56,871 bases of DNA from Porticoccaceae bacterium. GTDB lineage: Bacteria > Pseudomonadota > Gammaproteobacteria > Pseudomonadales > Porticoccaceae. This document shows positions 28,667 through 38,446 of the stretch, piece after piece (the stretch's first letter is position 1; each line of letters opens with the position of its first letter). Both the position numbers and the translations under genes were made by a program. Where the stretch lies: positions 1-56,871 of the forward strand of contig DASUDS010000015.1 in NCBI GenBank assembly GCA_036275455.1. The letters run 5' to 3'. A model generated the notes under the pieces. It did no database searches. It had not been told where the DNA came from and worked only from the letters and a program-made list of their open reading frames with translations.

Positions 28667-29359
28667 TTGGACGCCATCGGCCTGTTCGGCGGCACCTTCG
28701 ATCCGGTGCACATCGGCCATCTGCGCACCGCCGTCGAGCTGCGTGAAGCCTTGGGGCTGCGCCGCGTGCTGCTGGTGCCGAGCGCGCGGCCGCCGCACCG
28801 GGCCCCGCCGCGGGCGAGTGCCGTCCAGCGCCTGGCGATGCTGGCCGCGGCCATCGGCGACGAGCCCGGGCTCGTCGCCGACGCTCGCGAGCGGCGCCGC
28901 GCCGGACTTTCCTACACCATCGACACCCTCGCCGAGCTGCGCGCCGAGCTTGGCCCCGGAGTGGCGCTGTGCCTGTGCCTAGGCATGGACGCGCTGGTCG
29001 GCCTGGCGAGCTGGCACCGCTGGCGTGAATTCACCGATCTCGCTCACCTCGTGGTGGCGGCCCGGCCCGGCTGGCAGGCGCCGGAATCGGGCCCGGTGGC
29101 CGAATGGCTGGCGGAGCGCTGGGTTCAGGATCCGGCGGCGCTGCACGCCACTGCCCACGGGCGCGCGCTGATCCGTGCGCTGACCCTGCTGCCGGTATCT
29201 TCGAGCGGCCTCCGGGAGGATCTCGCGGCCGCGCGCTCAGTGCGCTACCTGGTGCCCGACGCGGCACTGGCCTATCTGCGCGACCATCGGCTCTATGCCG
29301 CCGGTGGCGGCAGTCAACTCCATGCCGCCACCGGCGGCGACAGTCGGGAATTGCCATGA
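28667..29359 (+). CDS. nadD: nicotinate-nucleotide adenylyltransferase NadD
   Basis: The TTG start gives MDAIGLFGGTFDPVHIGHLRTAVEL. The (H/T)xGH motif and its position after proA are as in other gammaproteobacteria. Confidence 0.9.
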   Translation: MDAIGLFGGTFDPVHIGHLRTAVELREALGLRRVLLVPSARPPHRAPPRASAVQRLAMLAAAIGDEPGLVADARERRRAGLSYTIDTLAELRAELGPGVALCLCLGMDALVGLASWHRWREFTDLAHLVVAARPGWQAPESGPVAEWLAERWVQDPAALHATAHGRALIRALTLLPVSSSGLREDLAAARSVRYLVPDAALAYLRDHRLYAAGGGSQLHAATGGDSRELP

Positions 29360-29703
29360 ATGACAGCCTCGCCGCGGTGGTCGTCGCCGCGCTGGAAGAT
29401 ATCAAGGGGCAGGACATCGTCCGCCTCGATGTGAGCGAACTCACCGATGTCACCGATACCCTGGTGGTGGCCAGCGGCAGCTCCACCCGCCAGGTGAAGG
29501 CGCTCGCCGAGAATGCCGTCGAAGAGGCCCGCAAGCTGGGCATTCGGCCCCTGGGGGTCGAGGGCATGGAGACCGCGGAGTGGGTGCTGGTGGATTTCGG
29601 CGATCTGGTGCTGCACGTCATGCTGCCGGCGACCCGAGCCTTCTACGAACTGGAAAAACTCTGGTCGCTGCGCCCCGAGGATCTCAAGCGCGGCGAGGAG
29701 TGA
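29356..29703 (+). CDS. rsfS: ribosome silencing factor RsfS
   Basis: MNDSLAAVVVAALEDIKGQDIVRLDVSELTDVTDTLVVASGSSTRQVKALAENAV...WVLVDFGDLVLHVM. It overlaps the nadD stop as ATGA. Confidence 0.92.
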   Translation: MNDSLAAVVVAALEDIKGQDIVRLDVSELTDVTDTLVVASGSSTRQVKALAENAVEEARKLGIRPLGVEGMETAEWVLVDFGDLVLHVMLPATRAFYELEKLWSLRPEDLKRGEE

Positions 29704-29709
29704 AGCAGC

Positions 29710-30177
29710 TTGCGGCTGCGCCTGCTGGCGGTGGGAACCCGCATGCCGGCCTGGGTCGGGCTCGGGGTGGCCGACTACGCGCGCCGCCTGCCGCCGGAAT
29801 TGAAGCTGGAGATCGTCGAGATCCCGCTCGGTGCCCGGCCGGCCAATGCGGACCCCGCAGCGGCCGTAGCCGCCGAGGGCCGGGCGCTGCTCAAGGCGGT
29901 TGGCCCACGCGACACCCTGGTTGCGCTCGATGTCGCCGGAGAGTCCTGGAGCACGCCCCAGCTCGCGGCGCGACTCGCCGGCTGGCAGGCGGCCGGTGGC
30001 AACTGTTGTCTGCTGGTCGGCGGTCCCGACGGCCTGGATCCGCAATGCCTGCATCGCGCCCACCAGCGCTGGTCGCTGTCGGCATTGACCCTGCCGCATC
30101 CCTTGGTGCGGGTGCTGGTCGCCGAACAGCTCTACCGCGCCTGGACGCTCAACATCGGCCATCCCTACCACCGCTGA
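29710..30177 (+). CDS. rlmH: 23S rRNA (pseudouridine1915-N3)-methyltransferase RlmH
   Basis: The TTG start gives MRLRLLAVGTRMPAWV...LLVGGPDGLDPQC...WSLSALTLPHPLVRVLVAEQLYRAWTLNIGHPYHR, collinear with E. coli RlmH. Confidence 0.93.
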   Translation: MRLRLLAVGTRMPAWVGLGVADYARRLPPELKLEIVEIPLGARPANADPAAAVAAEGRALLKAVGPRDTLVALDVAGESWSTPQLAARLAGWQAAGGNCCLLVGGPDGLDPQCLHRAHQRWSLSALTLPHPLVRVLVAEQLYRAWTLNIGHPYHR

Positions 30178-30290
30178 AGGGTGGCAAACGCCGATCAAGT
30201 GCGACAGTCGCAGATGAAAATTGCCCGAAAATCGCCGATGCAGATCGACAGTCACCGATGAAATCCGACCACCGATGAACGCCGACCGTC
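30166..30290. repeat. about 6 copies (19-24 nt) of the rlmH-stop/mrdA-start junction
   Basis: ccaccgcTGAagggtggcaaa / cgccgatcaagtgcgacagt / cgcagATGAaaattgcccgaaaat / cgccgATGcagatcgacagt / caccgATGAaatccgacca / ccgATGAacgccgaccgt. Confidence 0.85.
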
Positions 30291-32134
30291 TGCTGCGCGA
30301 TCACCGGCGCGAGCATCTGCTGTTCCGTGGCCGGCTGATGTTCTCCCTGCTGGTGATGATGTTGCTGCTCGCGGTGCTGATCTGGCGCTACTTCGATCTG
30401 CAGGTACTGCGGCACGAGGATTTCGTCACCCGCGCCGAGCGCAATCGCATCCACGTGCGGGCGATTCCCCCGACACGCGGCCTGATCTTCGATCGCAACG
30501 GCGTACTGCTGGCCGAAAACCGGCCCGGCTTCACCCTGTCCATCATGGTCGAGCGCGCCGGCAAGCTCGATACGTTGCTCGCCGAACTGCGCGAGCTGCT
30601 CTCGCTCGGTGACGCCGAGATCGAGCGCTTCCGCCAGCTCGCCGCCCGCAGGCGGCCCTATGAATCGGTACCGCTGCGTTACAACCTGAGCGAGGAGGAG
30701 CAGAGCATCCTCGCGGTCAACGAATACCATCTCGACGGTGTGGAGATCTCTGCGCAGCTGGTGCGCCATTATCCCCATGGCGCCATGCTCGCCCATGTGC
30801 TCGGCTACATGGGCCGCATCGACGAACAGGAGCTCAAGGCCCTGGATGCCGAAACCTATCGCGGCGTCTACAGCATCGGCAAGGCGGGGCTGGAGCGTTT
30901 CTACGAGGCCAGCCTGCTCGGCAAACCGGGTTACGAATACGCCGAAACCAATGCCCGCGGGCGGGTAATGCGAGTGATCGAGCGCACCGAACCCACCGCC
31001 GGGCAGAACCTGCGCCTGCACCTCGATCTGCGCCTGCAAGAGGAAGCCTATGCCGCCCTCGCCGGCGAGCGCGGCGCGGTGGTAGCGCTCGACGTCACCG
31101 ACGGCGGCGTGCTGGCGCTGGCCAGTGCCCCCGGCTTCGATCCCAATCCGTTCGTGACCGGCATCTCCACCGCCGCCTACAAGGCGCTGATCGAATCCCC
31201 CGACCGGCCACTGTTCGACCGCGCGACGCGGGGCCAGTATCCACCGGGCTCGACAGTCAAGCCGCTGTTTGCGCTGGCCGCCATCGACAGCGGCGTGGTC
31301 ACCCCGCAGACCCGCATCTACGATCCGGGTTTCTTCCGCCTCGAGAACAGCTCCCACCGCTATCGCGACTGGAAGCGCGGCGGCCATGGCATGGTGACCA
31401 TGCGCGATGCGGTGGTGCAGTCGTGCGACATCTTTTTCTACACCGTCGGCGTGCGCATGGGGATCGATCGCCTGCACGAGACGGGCGCGGCGTTCGGGCT
31501 GGGCGCCCGGACTGGGATCGATCTGCCCAACGAGGCCGCTGGCGTGATGCCCTCCCGCGACTGGAAGCGCGCCGCGCGCGGCGTCTCCTGGTACCCGGGA
31601 GATACGGTCAATACCAGCATCGGTCAGGGCTTCACGACGGCCACGCCGTTGCAGTTGGCGGTGGCGGCGATGCGCATCGCGACCCGTGGTGAAATTCGCG
31701 CGCCGCGGCTGGCCCGCACCCTGGGGCAGGCGCTGGTCGAAACGCCGCTCGAGGAGCGGCGCATCGAACTCGCCGCGACCGCCTGGGATGGCGTCATCGA
31801 CGCCATGCGCGGCGTGGCGGAGGATCAACGCGGTACGGCGCGTGCCGCGCTGGCGGCGATGGGGCCGCTGCACTACAGCCTGGCCGGCAAGACCGGCACC
31901 GCACAGGTCGTGGGCATCAAGCAGAATGAGCGCTATGACGCGCGTCGCCTGCGCAAGGAGCAACTCGACCACGCGCTGTTCATCGCCTTTGCGCCGGTGG
32001 AAGCGCCGCGCATCGCGGTGGCGGTGATCGTCGAGAATGGCGAGCATGGCAGTTCGACGGCGGCGCCGGTCGCGCGGCGGGTGATCGACGCCTATTTCAA
32101 GTTCGCAGCGCTGGAGGTGGCCGAGGGTGAGTAA
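30275..32134 (+). CDS. mrdA: penicillin-binding protein 2 (elongasome transpeptidase)
   Basis: MNADRLLRDHRREHLLFRGRLMFSLLVMMLLLAVLIWRYFDLQV...RGLIFDRNG...PPGSTVKP (SxxK)...SCD...KTGTAQ are PBP2 motifs. The gene lies upstream of rodA. Confidence 0.93.
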   Translation: MNADRLLRDHRREHLLFRGRLMFSLLVMMLLLAVLIWRYFDLQVLRHEDFVTRAERNRIHVRAIPPTRGLIFDRNGVLLAENRPGFTLSIMVERAGKLDTLLAELRELLSLGDAEIERFRQLAARRRPYESVPLRYNLSEEEQSILAVNEYHLDGVEISAQLVRHYPHGAMLAHVLGYMGRIDEQELKALDAETYRGVYSIGKAGLERFYEASLLGKPGYEYAETNARGRVMRVIERTEPTAGQNLRLHLDLRLQEEAYAALAGERGAVVALDVTDGGVLALASAPGFDPNPFVTGISTAAYKALIESPDRPLFDRATRGQYPPGSTVKPLFALAAIDSGVVTPQTRIYDPGFFRLENSSHRYRDWKRGGHGMVTMRDAVVQSCDIFFYTVGVRMGIDRLHETGAAFGLGARTGIDLPNEAAGVMPSRDWKRAARGVSWYPGDTVNTSIGQGFTTATPLQLAVAAMRIATRGEIRAPRLARTLGQALVETPLEERRIELAATAWDGVIDAMRGVAEDQRGTARAALAAMGPLHYSLAGKTGTAQVVGIKQNERYDARRLRKEQLDHALFIAFAPVEAPRIAVAVIVENGEHGSSTAAPVARRVIDAYFKFAALEVAEGE

Positions 32135-33269
32135 CCGCGATTTCCTTCATCAGTTGCGCGAGCCGGGCGCCGCGGTCTACGGCGAGCGCAGCCGCTGGCT
32201 GCGCTTTCAGTTCGATCCGTTGCTCAGTCTGCTGGTGATGGCGGTGATGGGCGTCGGCCTGATGGTGCTCTACAGCGCCGACGACAGCGGCCACGCGCAA
32301 TTGCGCCGTCAGGGAATGTACATGATCGTCGGGCTGGTGATCATGCTGGTCACCGCCCAGTTCTCGCCGCGCTTGCTGGAGCGCTGGGCCTGGTGGCCCT
32401 ATGGGCTTGCCGTGCTGCTGCTGCTGGCGGTCGATCTCATCGGCAGCGATGCCAAGGGTGCGCGCCGCTGGCTGGCACTGGGTCCGGTGCGCTTTCAGCC
32501 CGCCGAACTGATGAAGCTCGCCCTGCCCATGGTGCTGTCCGCCTATCTGGCCGCCCGCCCGCTGCCGCCGCGGTTGCGGCATCTCGGCGTGGTACTCGCG
32601 GTGATGGCAGTGCCCTTGGTCCTGGTGGTATTGCAGCCGGATCTCGGCACCGCGGTGCTGATTGGTTCCGGCGGTGCGTTCGTGCTGTTTCTGGCGGGGC
32701 TCGGCCTTCGTTACGTGCTGCTGGCGAGTCTGGGAGCCCTGGTTGCGGCGCCGATCATGTGGCTGTTCGTGCTGCACGAGTACCAGAAGACCCGGGTGCT
32801 GACGCTGCTCGACCCCGAATCCGACAAGTTGGGTGCCGGCTGGAACATCATCCAGTCGACCACCGCGATCGGTTCCGGGGGCTGGTTCGGCAAGGGCTGG
32901 ATGCAGGGCACCCAGTCACAGCTCGATTTTCTTCCGGAGGGGCATACCGATTTCATCATCGCGGTACTGGCCGAAGAATTCGGTCTGGTGGCCGTGCTCG
33001 GTCTGCTGAGCCTGTATCTGCTGATCATTCTCCGGGGTCTGGCGATCAGCCGGGATGCCTCCTCGCCGTTTGCCCAGATGTTGTCGGGCAGCATCGTGCT
33101 GACCTTCTTTGTCTATGTCTTTGTCAACATGGGCATGGTCGCCGGGTTGCTTCCCGTGGTGGGGGTTCCGCTGCCGATGGTGAGCTACGGCGGCACCTCG
33201 GTGGTCACTTTGTCCATCGGGTTTGGTATCCTCATGGCCATTCGATCCGAGACCGGTAGGCGTGGTTAG
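32127..33269 (+). CDS. rodA: rod shape-determining peptidoglycan glycosyltransferase RodA
   Basis: GTG start, SEDS family: ...FQPAELMKLALPM...LQPDLGTA...GWNIIQSTTAIGSGGWFGKG...LPEGHTDFIIAVLAEEFG...PLPMVSYGGTS. Confidence 0.93.
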   Translation: MSNRDFLHQLREPGAAVYGERSRWLRFQFDPLLSLLVMAVMGVGLMVLYSADDSGHAQLRRQGMYMIVGLVIMLVTAQFSPRLLERWAWWPYGLAVLLLLAVDLIGSDAKGARRWLALGPVRFQPAELMKLALPMVLSAYLAARPLPPRLRHLGVVLAVMAVPLVLVVLQPDLGTAVLIGSGGAFVLFLAGLGLRYVLLASLGALVAAPIMWLFVLHEYQKTRVLTLLDPESDKLGAGWNIIQSTTAIGSGGWFGKGWMQGTQSQLDFLPEGHTDFIIAVLAEEFGLVAVLGLLSLYLLIILRGLAISRDASSPFAQMLSGSIVLTFFVYVFVNMGMVAGLLPVVGVPLPMVSYGGTSVVTLSIGFGILMAIRSETGRRG

Positions 33270-34275
33270 AACTGGAGCAGCGGCGTCCATCGGGCGCTGG
33301 ATCGCAATTCTTGGCTGTTGTCTGTCCATCAGCGCAGGCGCCATGGCTCGCGAATACGGGAGTCACCCGGCCGCCCAGGCCTTCGTCACCACCATGGTCG
33401 AACGGCATGGCTTCGAGCGCGGTGCGCTGGAGCGCCTGTTCGCCGCGGCTCGCTATCAGGACGCCATCGTCAAGGCCATGGACCGCCCGGCGGAGCGGGT
33501 CAAGCCCTGGCACGAATACCGGGCGATCTTCCTCACCGAAAAACGGATTCGCGACGGCGTCGATTTCTGGCGTGCCAATCGCGAGGTGCTGGCGCGCGCC
33601 GAGCAGGACTATGGTGTCGATCCCGCGGTGGTGGTGGCGATCATCGGCGTGGAGACGTTCTACGGTCGGGTGATGGGCGGGTTCCGGGTGCTGGACGCGC
33701 TGGCCACGTTGGCATTCGATTATCCCAAGCGTAGCCAGTTTTTCTCCCGTGAACTGGAGCAGTACCTGCTGCTGGCGCGCGAACAGGGCATCGACCCCCT
33801 GGCGCTCAAGGGTTCCTATGCTGGCGCCATGGGCTATGGCCAATTCATTCCCAGCAGTTACCGATCCTATGCCATCGATTACAATGGCGACCGCAAGGCG
33901 GATATCTGGAACAATCCGACCGACGCCATCGGCAGCGTGGCCAACTATTTTGCCCGCCACGGCTGGCAGCGCGGCGGCCCGGTAGCCGTCCCGGCGCTGG
34001 CTGCCGGAAGCCACGACCCGGCGGTGGTCAATGTCCTGGCCAAGCCGGTGTTGACCCCGGCGGAGCTGGCGGCCATGGGGTTTCGGCCGCAGGGGCCGGG
34101 CATCGATGCGGCAGGATTGCCGCTGCAACTGGAAGGTATCGAGGGGGCGGAATACTGGCTCGCCTATGAGAATTTCTACGTGATTACCCGCTACAACCAC
34201 AGCCACCGCTATGCCATGGCGGTGTTCCAACTCGCCCGGGAGTTGTCGCGGCGGATGGCCGATGCCCAGGGTTAA
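33262..34275 (+). CDS. mltB: lytic murein transglycosylase B (lipoprotein)
   Basis: ...RYQDAIVKAMDRPAE..KPWHEYRAIFLTEKRIRDGVDFW...VVAIIGVETFYGR...GAMGYGQFIPSSYRSYAIDYNGD... are MltB motifs. The candidate GTG at 33262 gives a signal peptide with lipobox ILGC. The exact start is uncertain; the ORF track begins at 33223 inside rodA. Confidence 0.85.
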   Translation: MVRTGAAASIGRWIAILGCCLSISAGAMAREYGSHPAAQAFVTTMVERHGFERGALERLFAAARYQDAIVKAMDRPAERVKPWHEYRAIFLTEKRIRDGVDFWRANREVLARAEQDYGVDPAVVVAIIGVETFYGRVMGGFRVLDALATLAFDYPKRSQFFSRELEQYLLLAREQGIDPLALKGSYAGAMGYGQFIPSSYRSYAIDYNGDRKADIWNNPTDAIGSVANYFARHGWQRGGPVAVPALAAGSHDPAVVNVLAKPVLTPAELAAMGFRPQGPGIDAAGLPLQLEGIEGAEYWLAYENFYVITRYNHSHRYAMAVFQLARELSRRMADAQG

Positions 34276-35137
34276 CGCGCGCCTGCTGGCGCTGCTCGCG
34301 TCCGTGCTCCTGCTGGCTGCCTGTGCGGGCAGCCGGGGGCCAACCACGAGCATTGGCGCGCGCACGCCGGAGCCCGCGGGCGATGCCCTGCCGGGAGGGG
34401 CGCCCGCCTATCCCCGTGCCGGCAACAAGAGCCCCTATACCGTGCTGGGCAAGACCTACCACCTCCTGCCCACCGCCAAGGGCTATCGCGAAGTAGGCAT
34501 CGCCTCTTGGTATGGCAGCAAGTTCCATGGCCGTTCCACTTCCAATGGCGAGGCCTACGACATGTTCGCCATGACCGCCGCCCACAAGACGCTGCCGATC
34601 CCGGCCTATGTGCGGGTCACCAACGTCGATAATGGCCGCAGCGCCATCGTGCGCGTCAACGATCGTGGTCCCTTCCACGACGACCGCATCATCGATCTGT
34701 CCTACGCGGCGGCGCGCAAGCTCGGCGTCTATGCCAATGGCACGGCCAAGGTCGAGGTGGTCGCCATCGACCCGGCCGACTATCAGCGCAACAGTGTGGA
34801 AGAGCCGCGGGTGGTCGCCCGGACCCGCCTCGACCGTCCGCCGCTGGCGCGTCGCGATCTCGGTCCGGATGCCAAGGACGGTCCTCCGCTGGGGCGGCCG
34901 ACCTTCCTTCAGGTGGGCTCTTTCGCCAGCCTGGAATCGGCCCGCTCCCTGGAGACCAGGGTCTTGCAACGGGTGACCGCACCGACCCGGGTGAGCAAGA
35001 CCCAGGTGAGCGGGCGGCAGTTGTTCCGGGTGCTGGTAGGCCCATTCGCCGACCCGTCCGAGCTCGACTACGCACGCACCCTGCTGGTGGAGGCGGAGCG
35101 CCTCAACCCCTTCGTGGTCACCGAGCGGCTGCCCTGA
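34262..35137 (+). CDS. rlpA: septal ring lytic transglycosylase RlpA (DPBB + SPOR domains)
   Basis: MPRVNARLLALLASVLLLAACAG contains the lipobox. ...GIASWYGSKFHGRSTSNGEAYDMFAMTAAHKTLPIPAYVRVTNVDNGRSAIVRVNDRGPF... is the DPBB domain, and there is a C-terminal SPOR-like segment. Confidence 0.92.
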   Translation: MPRVNARLLALLASVLLLAACAGSRGPTTSIGARTPEPAGDALPGGAPAYPRAGNKSPYTVLGKTYHLLPTAKGYREVGIASWYGSKFHGRSTSNGEAYDMFAMTAAHKTLPIPAYVRVTNVDNGRSAIVRVNDRGPFHDDRIIDLSYAAARKLGVYANGTAKVEVVAIDPADYQRNSVEEPRVVARTRLDRPPLARRDLGPDAKDGPPLGRPTFLQVGSFASLESARSLETRVLQRVTAPTRVSKTQVSGRQLFRVLVGPFADPSELDYARTLLVEAERLNPFVVTERLP

Positions 35138-35218
35138 GCCAGGCGCGCGCGGCGCGCGTGCTACACTGAACGACCCCCGATTTTCTTTCGATTCGCCTTG
35201 CCCAGGAACCCCGTTCGG

Positions 35219-36430
35219 ATGATGCGAAGCCCCGTCGCTGGCCTGTTGGCCCTGATGCTGTCGTTGCCGCTGTTCGCCGTAGCCGCTGCCCCCGCTGCTC
35301 CGGTTCCAACTCCTGTCCCGGCCCCGGCCCCGGCCGCGCAGCCCGCACCATTGCCGACACCGCCGGAGCTTGCCGCCAAGTCCTGGATTCTGATCGATGC
35401 CCACACCGGGCAGGTGCTGGTGGAGCGCAATGCCGACGAACGCCTGCCCCCGGCCAGTCTGACCAAGCTGATGACCAGCTATCTGATTGCCGAGGAGATC
35501 GGCAAGGGCAAGTTCACCGAGCAGACCGAGGTGCCGATCAGCGTCAAGGCCTGGCGCATGGGTGGCTCCAAGATGTTCGTGCGCGAGGGCTCCCAGGTAC
35601 CCGTGGGTGATCTGTTGCGCGGCATCATCATCCAGTCCGGCAATGACGCCACGGTGGCCATGGCCGAGCACATCGCCGGCAGCGAGGAGTCCTTCGCGCA
35701 GCTCATGAACCAGAATGCCGTGCGTTTGGGGATGACCGGCAGCCACTTCCAAAACGCCTCCGGTTGGCCGGCCGATGACCATTTCACGACTGCTCGCGAC
35801 ATGGCGACCTTGCTGCGCGCGATGATTCGCGAGCACCCCGACCACTATCGGATCTATGCGGAAAAGTACTTCGAATACAACGGGATCCGCCAGCCCAACC
35901 GCAATTTGCTGTTGTGGCGTGATCCCACGGTCGATGGCGGCAAGACCGGCCACACCGAAGCCGCCGGCTACTGTCTGGTGGCTTCGGCGCTGCGCGATGA
36001 CATGCGGCTGATCAGCGTGGTGATGGGCACCGCGAGCGAGCAGGCGCGCGCCGCCGAGACCCAGAAGCTGCTCGGCTATGGCTTCCGCTTTTACGAAACG
36101 GCGAAGCTCTATCAGGCCGGCGAGGTATTGCAGGCTGATGCCCGGGTGTGGTTCGGCAAGCGCGATCGCATCGATCTGGTGGCGCCCGAAACCGTCTATC
36201 TCACGCTGCCCCGGGGTACGCGCGACAGCCTCAAGGCCACCCTGGTGGTCGACGAGGTGATCCGCGCGCCGCTGACCAGGACCACCACCGTCGGGACATT
36301 GAAGGTGGAAAATGCCGGCGAGGCGTTGCTCAGCGTGGCGGTGGTGCCGGATCAGGAGGTCGCCGAAGCGGGCTTTTTCGCCCGCCTGTGGGATCACCTG
36401 ATGCTGTTCCTCAAGGGGCTGTTTTCCTGA
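35219..36430 (+). CDS. D-alanyl-D-alanine carboxypeptidase (PBP5/6 family)
   Basis: ...SWILIDAHTGQVLVERNADERLPPASLTKLMTSY (SxxK)...IIQSGNDA (SxN)...KTGHT (KTG). The start is probably ATG at 35219 or 35222. A Pro/Ala-rich stretch follows the signal peptide. Confidence 0.9.
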   Translation: MMRSPVAGLLALMLSLPLFAVAAAPAAPVPTPVPAPAPAAQPAPLPTPPELAAKSWILIDAHTGQVLVERNADERLPPASLTKLMTSYLIAEEIGKGKFTEQTEVPISVKAWRMGGSKMFVREGSQVPVGDLLRGIIIQSGNDATVAMAEHIAGSEESFAQLMNQNAVRLGMTGSHFQNASGWPADDHFTTARDMATLLRAMIREHPDHYRIYAEKYFEYNGIRQPNRNLLLWRDPTVDGGKTGHTEAAGYCLVASALRDDMRLISVVMGTASEQARAAETQKLLGYGFRFYETAKLYQAGEVLQADARVWFGKRDRIDLVAPETVYLTLPRGTRDSLKATLVVDEVIRAPLTRTTTVGTLKVENAGEALLSVAVVPDQEVAEAGFFARLWDHLMLFLKGLFS

Positions 36431-36442
36431 GCCGGGTGCGCC

Positions 36443-36712
36443 GTGGCTGACGAACAACCACCGCGAATCGAGTTCCCCTGTGCCTATCCGGTCACTGTGG
36501 TGATCAATGCCAAGTCGGTGCTCCGCGAGCAGATATTCGCGGTATTCGCCCGCCATGCTCCTGGCTTCGACACCGCCAGCGTGACCGAGCGTGCCAGCCG
36601 CAATGGCAACTATCGCTCCCTGGTGTTCACCATCACCGCCACCGGGGAGACCCAGTTGCGCCAGCTGTTCGAGGGCCTGAAGGAGTGTCCGGGCGTCCAC
36701 CTGGTGCTCTAG
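36443..36712 (+). CDS. ybeD: YbeD-family (DUF493) protein
   Basis: The GTG start gives ...[16 protein letters not shown]...FARHAPGFD...[26 protein letters not shown]..., collinear with E. coli YbeD. It sits upstream of lipB as usual. Confidence 0.88.
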   Translation: MADEQPPRIEFPCAYPVTVVINAKSVLREQIFAVFARHAPGFDTASVTERASRNGNYRSLVFTITATGETQLRQLFEGLKECPGVHLVL

Positions 36713-37398
36713 GGTTTGCCACCGCCAGGGTGGCGGTGCGCGAGCTGGGCCTGCGCCCCTATCTGCCGGTGCTGGAGGCGATGCGGCGCCGAGTCGATGC
36801 CCTTGGCGCGGACGGCCCCGACGAGATCTGGGCGGTGCAGCATCCGCCGGTATATACCCAGGGCCAGGCGGGACGGGCCGAACACCTGCTGGCTCCCGGA
36901 GCAATCCCGGTCATCGCCACCGATCGCGGTGGCCAGGTCACCTATCACGGCCCCGGCCAGCTGGTCTTCTACCCCTTGGTGCAACTGCGTCGCCTGGGCC
37001 TGGACGTGCGCCGCCTGGTCACGGCGCTGGAGCAGACCGCGATCGACTGGCTCGCCGAGCTGGGCATCGCGGCCGCGAGCAGGCCGGGCGCTCCGGGCGT
37101 CTACGTCGGTGATGCCAAGATCGCCGCGCTGGGGCTGCGCATCCGCAAGGGCCGCAGCTATCACGGCCTGGCGGTCAACGTGCAGATGGACCTGGAGCCC
37201 TTCCTGCGCATCAATCCCTGCGGCTATGCCGGCCTGCGCGTCACCCAGGTCGCCGACCTGCTGCCCGCCGCGCGGGTGCCCATGCTTGCCGCCGCCCAGC
37301 GCGGTTTGCTCGCTCATCTGGCGCGACGGCTGGGCTACACTGGTTGGCACTTCGAGGATGACGGGTTGCCGTGCGGAGAGAGCGATGAACGAGGGTGA
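36685..37398 (+). CDS. lipB: lipoyl(octanoyl) transferase LipB
   Basis: ...[22 protein letters not shown]...[23 protein letters not shown]...[19 protein letters not shown]...[22 protein letters not shown]. The start is ambiguous: GTG at 36685 (overlapping ybeD), 36730 or 36736. Confidence 0.88.
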   Translation: MSGRPPGALGFATARVAVRELGLRPYLPVLEAMRRRVDALGADGPDEIWAVQHPPVYTQGQAGRAEHLLAPGAIPVIATDRGGQVTYHGPGQLVFYPLVQLRRLGLDVRRLVTALEQTAIDWLAELGIAAASRPGAPGVYVGDAKIAALGLRIRKGRSYHGLAVNVQMDLEPFLRINPCGYAGLRVTQVADLLPAARVPMLAAAQRGLLAHLARRLGYTGWHFEDDGLPCGESDERG

Positions 37399-38446
37399 CG
37401 CGCTGCCGGTACGCCGCACCCGCCGCCTGCTGGCTGGCGAGAAGCTGCGCGACGCGGCCAAGGTCGAGCGCATTCCGGTCAAGGTGATCGCCAGCGACGC
37501 GGTGCCGCGCAAGCCGCCCTGGATCCGGGTGCGCGCGGGCGTGGGTGGCGAGGTGCTGCGCATCAAGCGCATTCTCCGCGCGCACGGGCTGGCCACGGTG
37601 TGCGAGGAAGCGTCCTGTCCCAATCTGGGCGAATGCTTTGGTGGTGGCACCGCGACCTTCATGATCCTGGGGGAGATCTGCACCCGCCGTTGCCCGTTCT
37701 GCGATGTCGGCCACGGCAAGCCCAACCCGCCCGATGGCGATGAACCCGAGCGCCTGGCCGCCTGCATCGCCGAGCTGGGGCTGGGCTATGTGGTGATTAC
37801 CTCGGTGGATCGCGACGATCTGCGCGACGGCGGTGCCGCCCATTTCGCGGCCTGCATCGCCGCGGTGCGCGCGCGCGCCCCGGGGATCGTCATCGAGGTG
37901 CTGACCCCGGACTTTCGCGGCCGCATGGAGGGCGCGCTGGATATCCTCGGCCACCAGCCGCCCGACGTGTTCAACCACAATCTGGAAACGGTGCCGGCGC
38001 TGTATCGCGAGGTGCGACCGGGCGCCAACTACGCCTGGTCGCTGCGCCTGCTGGCGGAGTTCGGCCGCCGCAACCCCCAGGTACCCACCAAGTCCGGTCT
38101 GATGGTGGGGCTTGGCGAGACCCGCGAACAGCTGCTCGCGACCCTAGACGACCTGCGCGCCCATGATGTTGCCATGGTCACCATCGGCCAGTATCTGCAG
38201 CCTTCGCGGGCGCACCTGCCGGTGCAGCGCTACGTCCATCCGGACGAATTTGCGGAGTACCGCGACTACGGTTACCGCATCGGCTTTCGCCATGTGGCGT
38301 CGGGGCCGTTGGTGCGGTCGTCCTACCATGCCGACCAACAGGCGCGCGGCGAGGGCCTGGTGCGCAGCGCGGGCATTGGCCGCAACGAGGACATCGCCTG
38401 CAACGAGGACATTGGCTGCAACGAGGAGCCCATTCATGGCCACTGA
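37385..38446 (+). CDS. lipA: lipoyl synthase LipA (with repeat-encoded C-terminal tail)
   Basis: [11 protein letters not shown]...[38 protein letters not shown]...[10 protein letters not shown]...[10 protein letters not shown] is canonical LipA. The extra tail is [33 protein letters not shown]. Confidence 0.92.
   Translation: MNEGDALPVRRTRRLLAGEKLRDAAKVERIPVKVIASDAVPRKPPWIRVRAGVGGEVLRIKRILRAHGLATVCEEASCPNLGECFGGGTATFMILGEICTRRCPFCDVGHGKPNPPDGDEPERLAACIAELGLGYVVITSVDRDDLRDGGAAHFAACIAAVRARAPGIVIEVLTPDFRGRMEGALDILGHQPPDVFNHNLETVPALYREVRPGANYAWSLRLLAEFGRRNPQVPTKSGLMVGLGETREQLLATLDDLRAHDVAMVTIGQYLQPSRAHLPVQRYVHPDEFAEYRDYGYRIGFRHVASGPLVRSSYHADQQARGEGLVRSAGIGRNEDIACNEDIGCNEEPIHGH

Noticed and set aside
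35270-35370. The Pro/Ala-rich segment (APAAPVPTPVPAPAPAAQPAPLPTPPE) after the PBP5/6 signal peptide as another tandem array.
   Set aside because: At DNA level I cannot define a consistent unit or period. It looks like ordinary low-complexity linker sequence, so it is not counted among the arrays.
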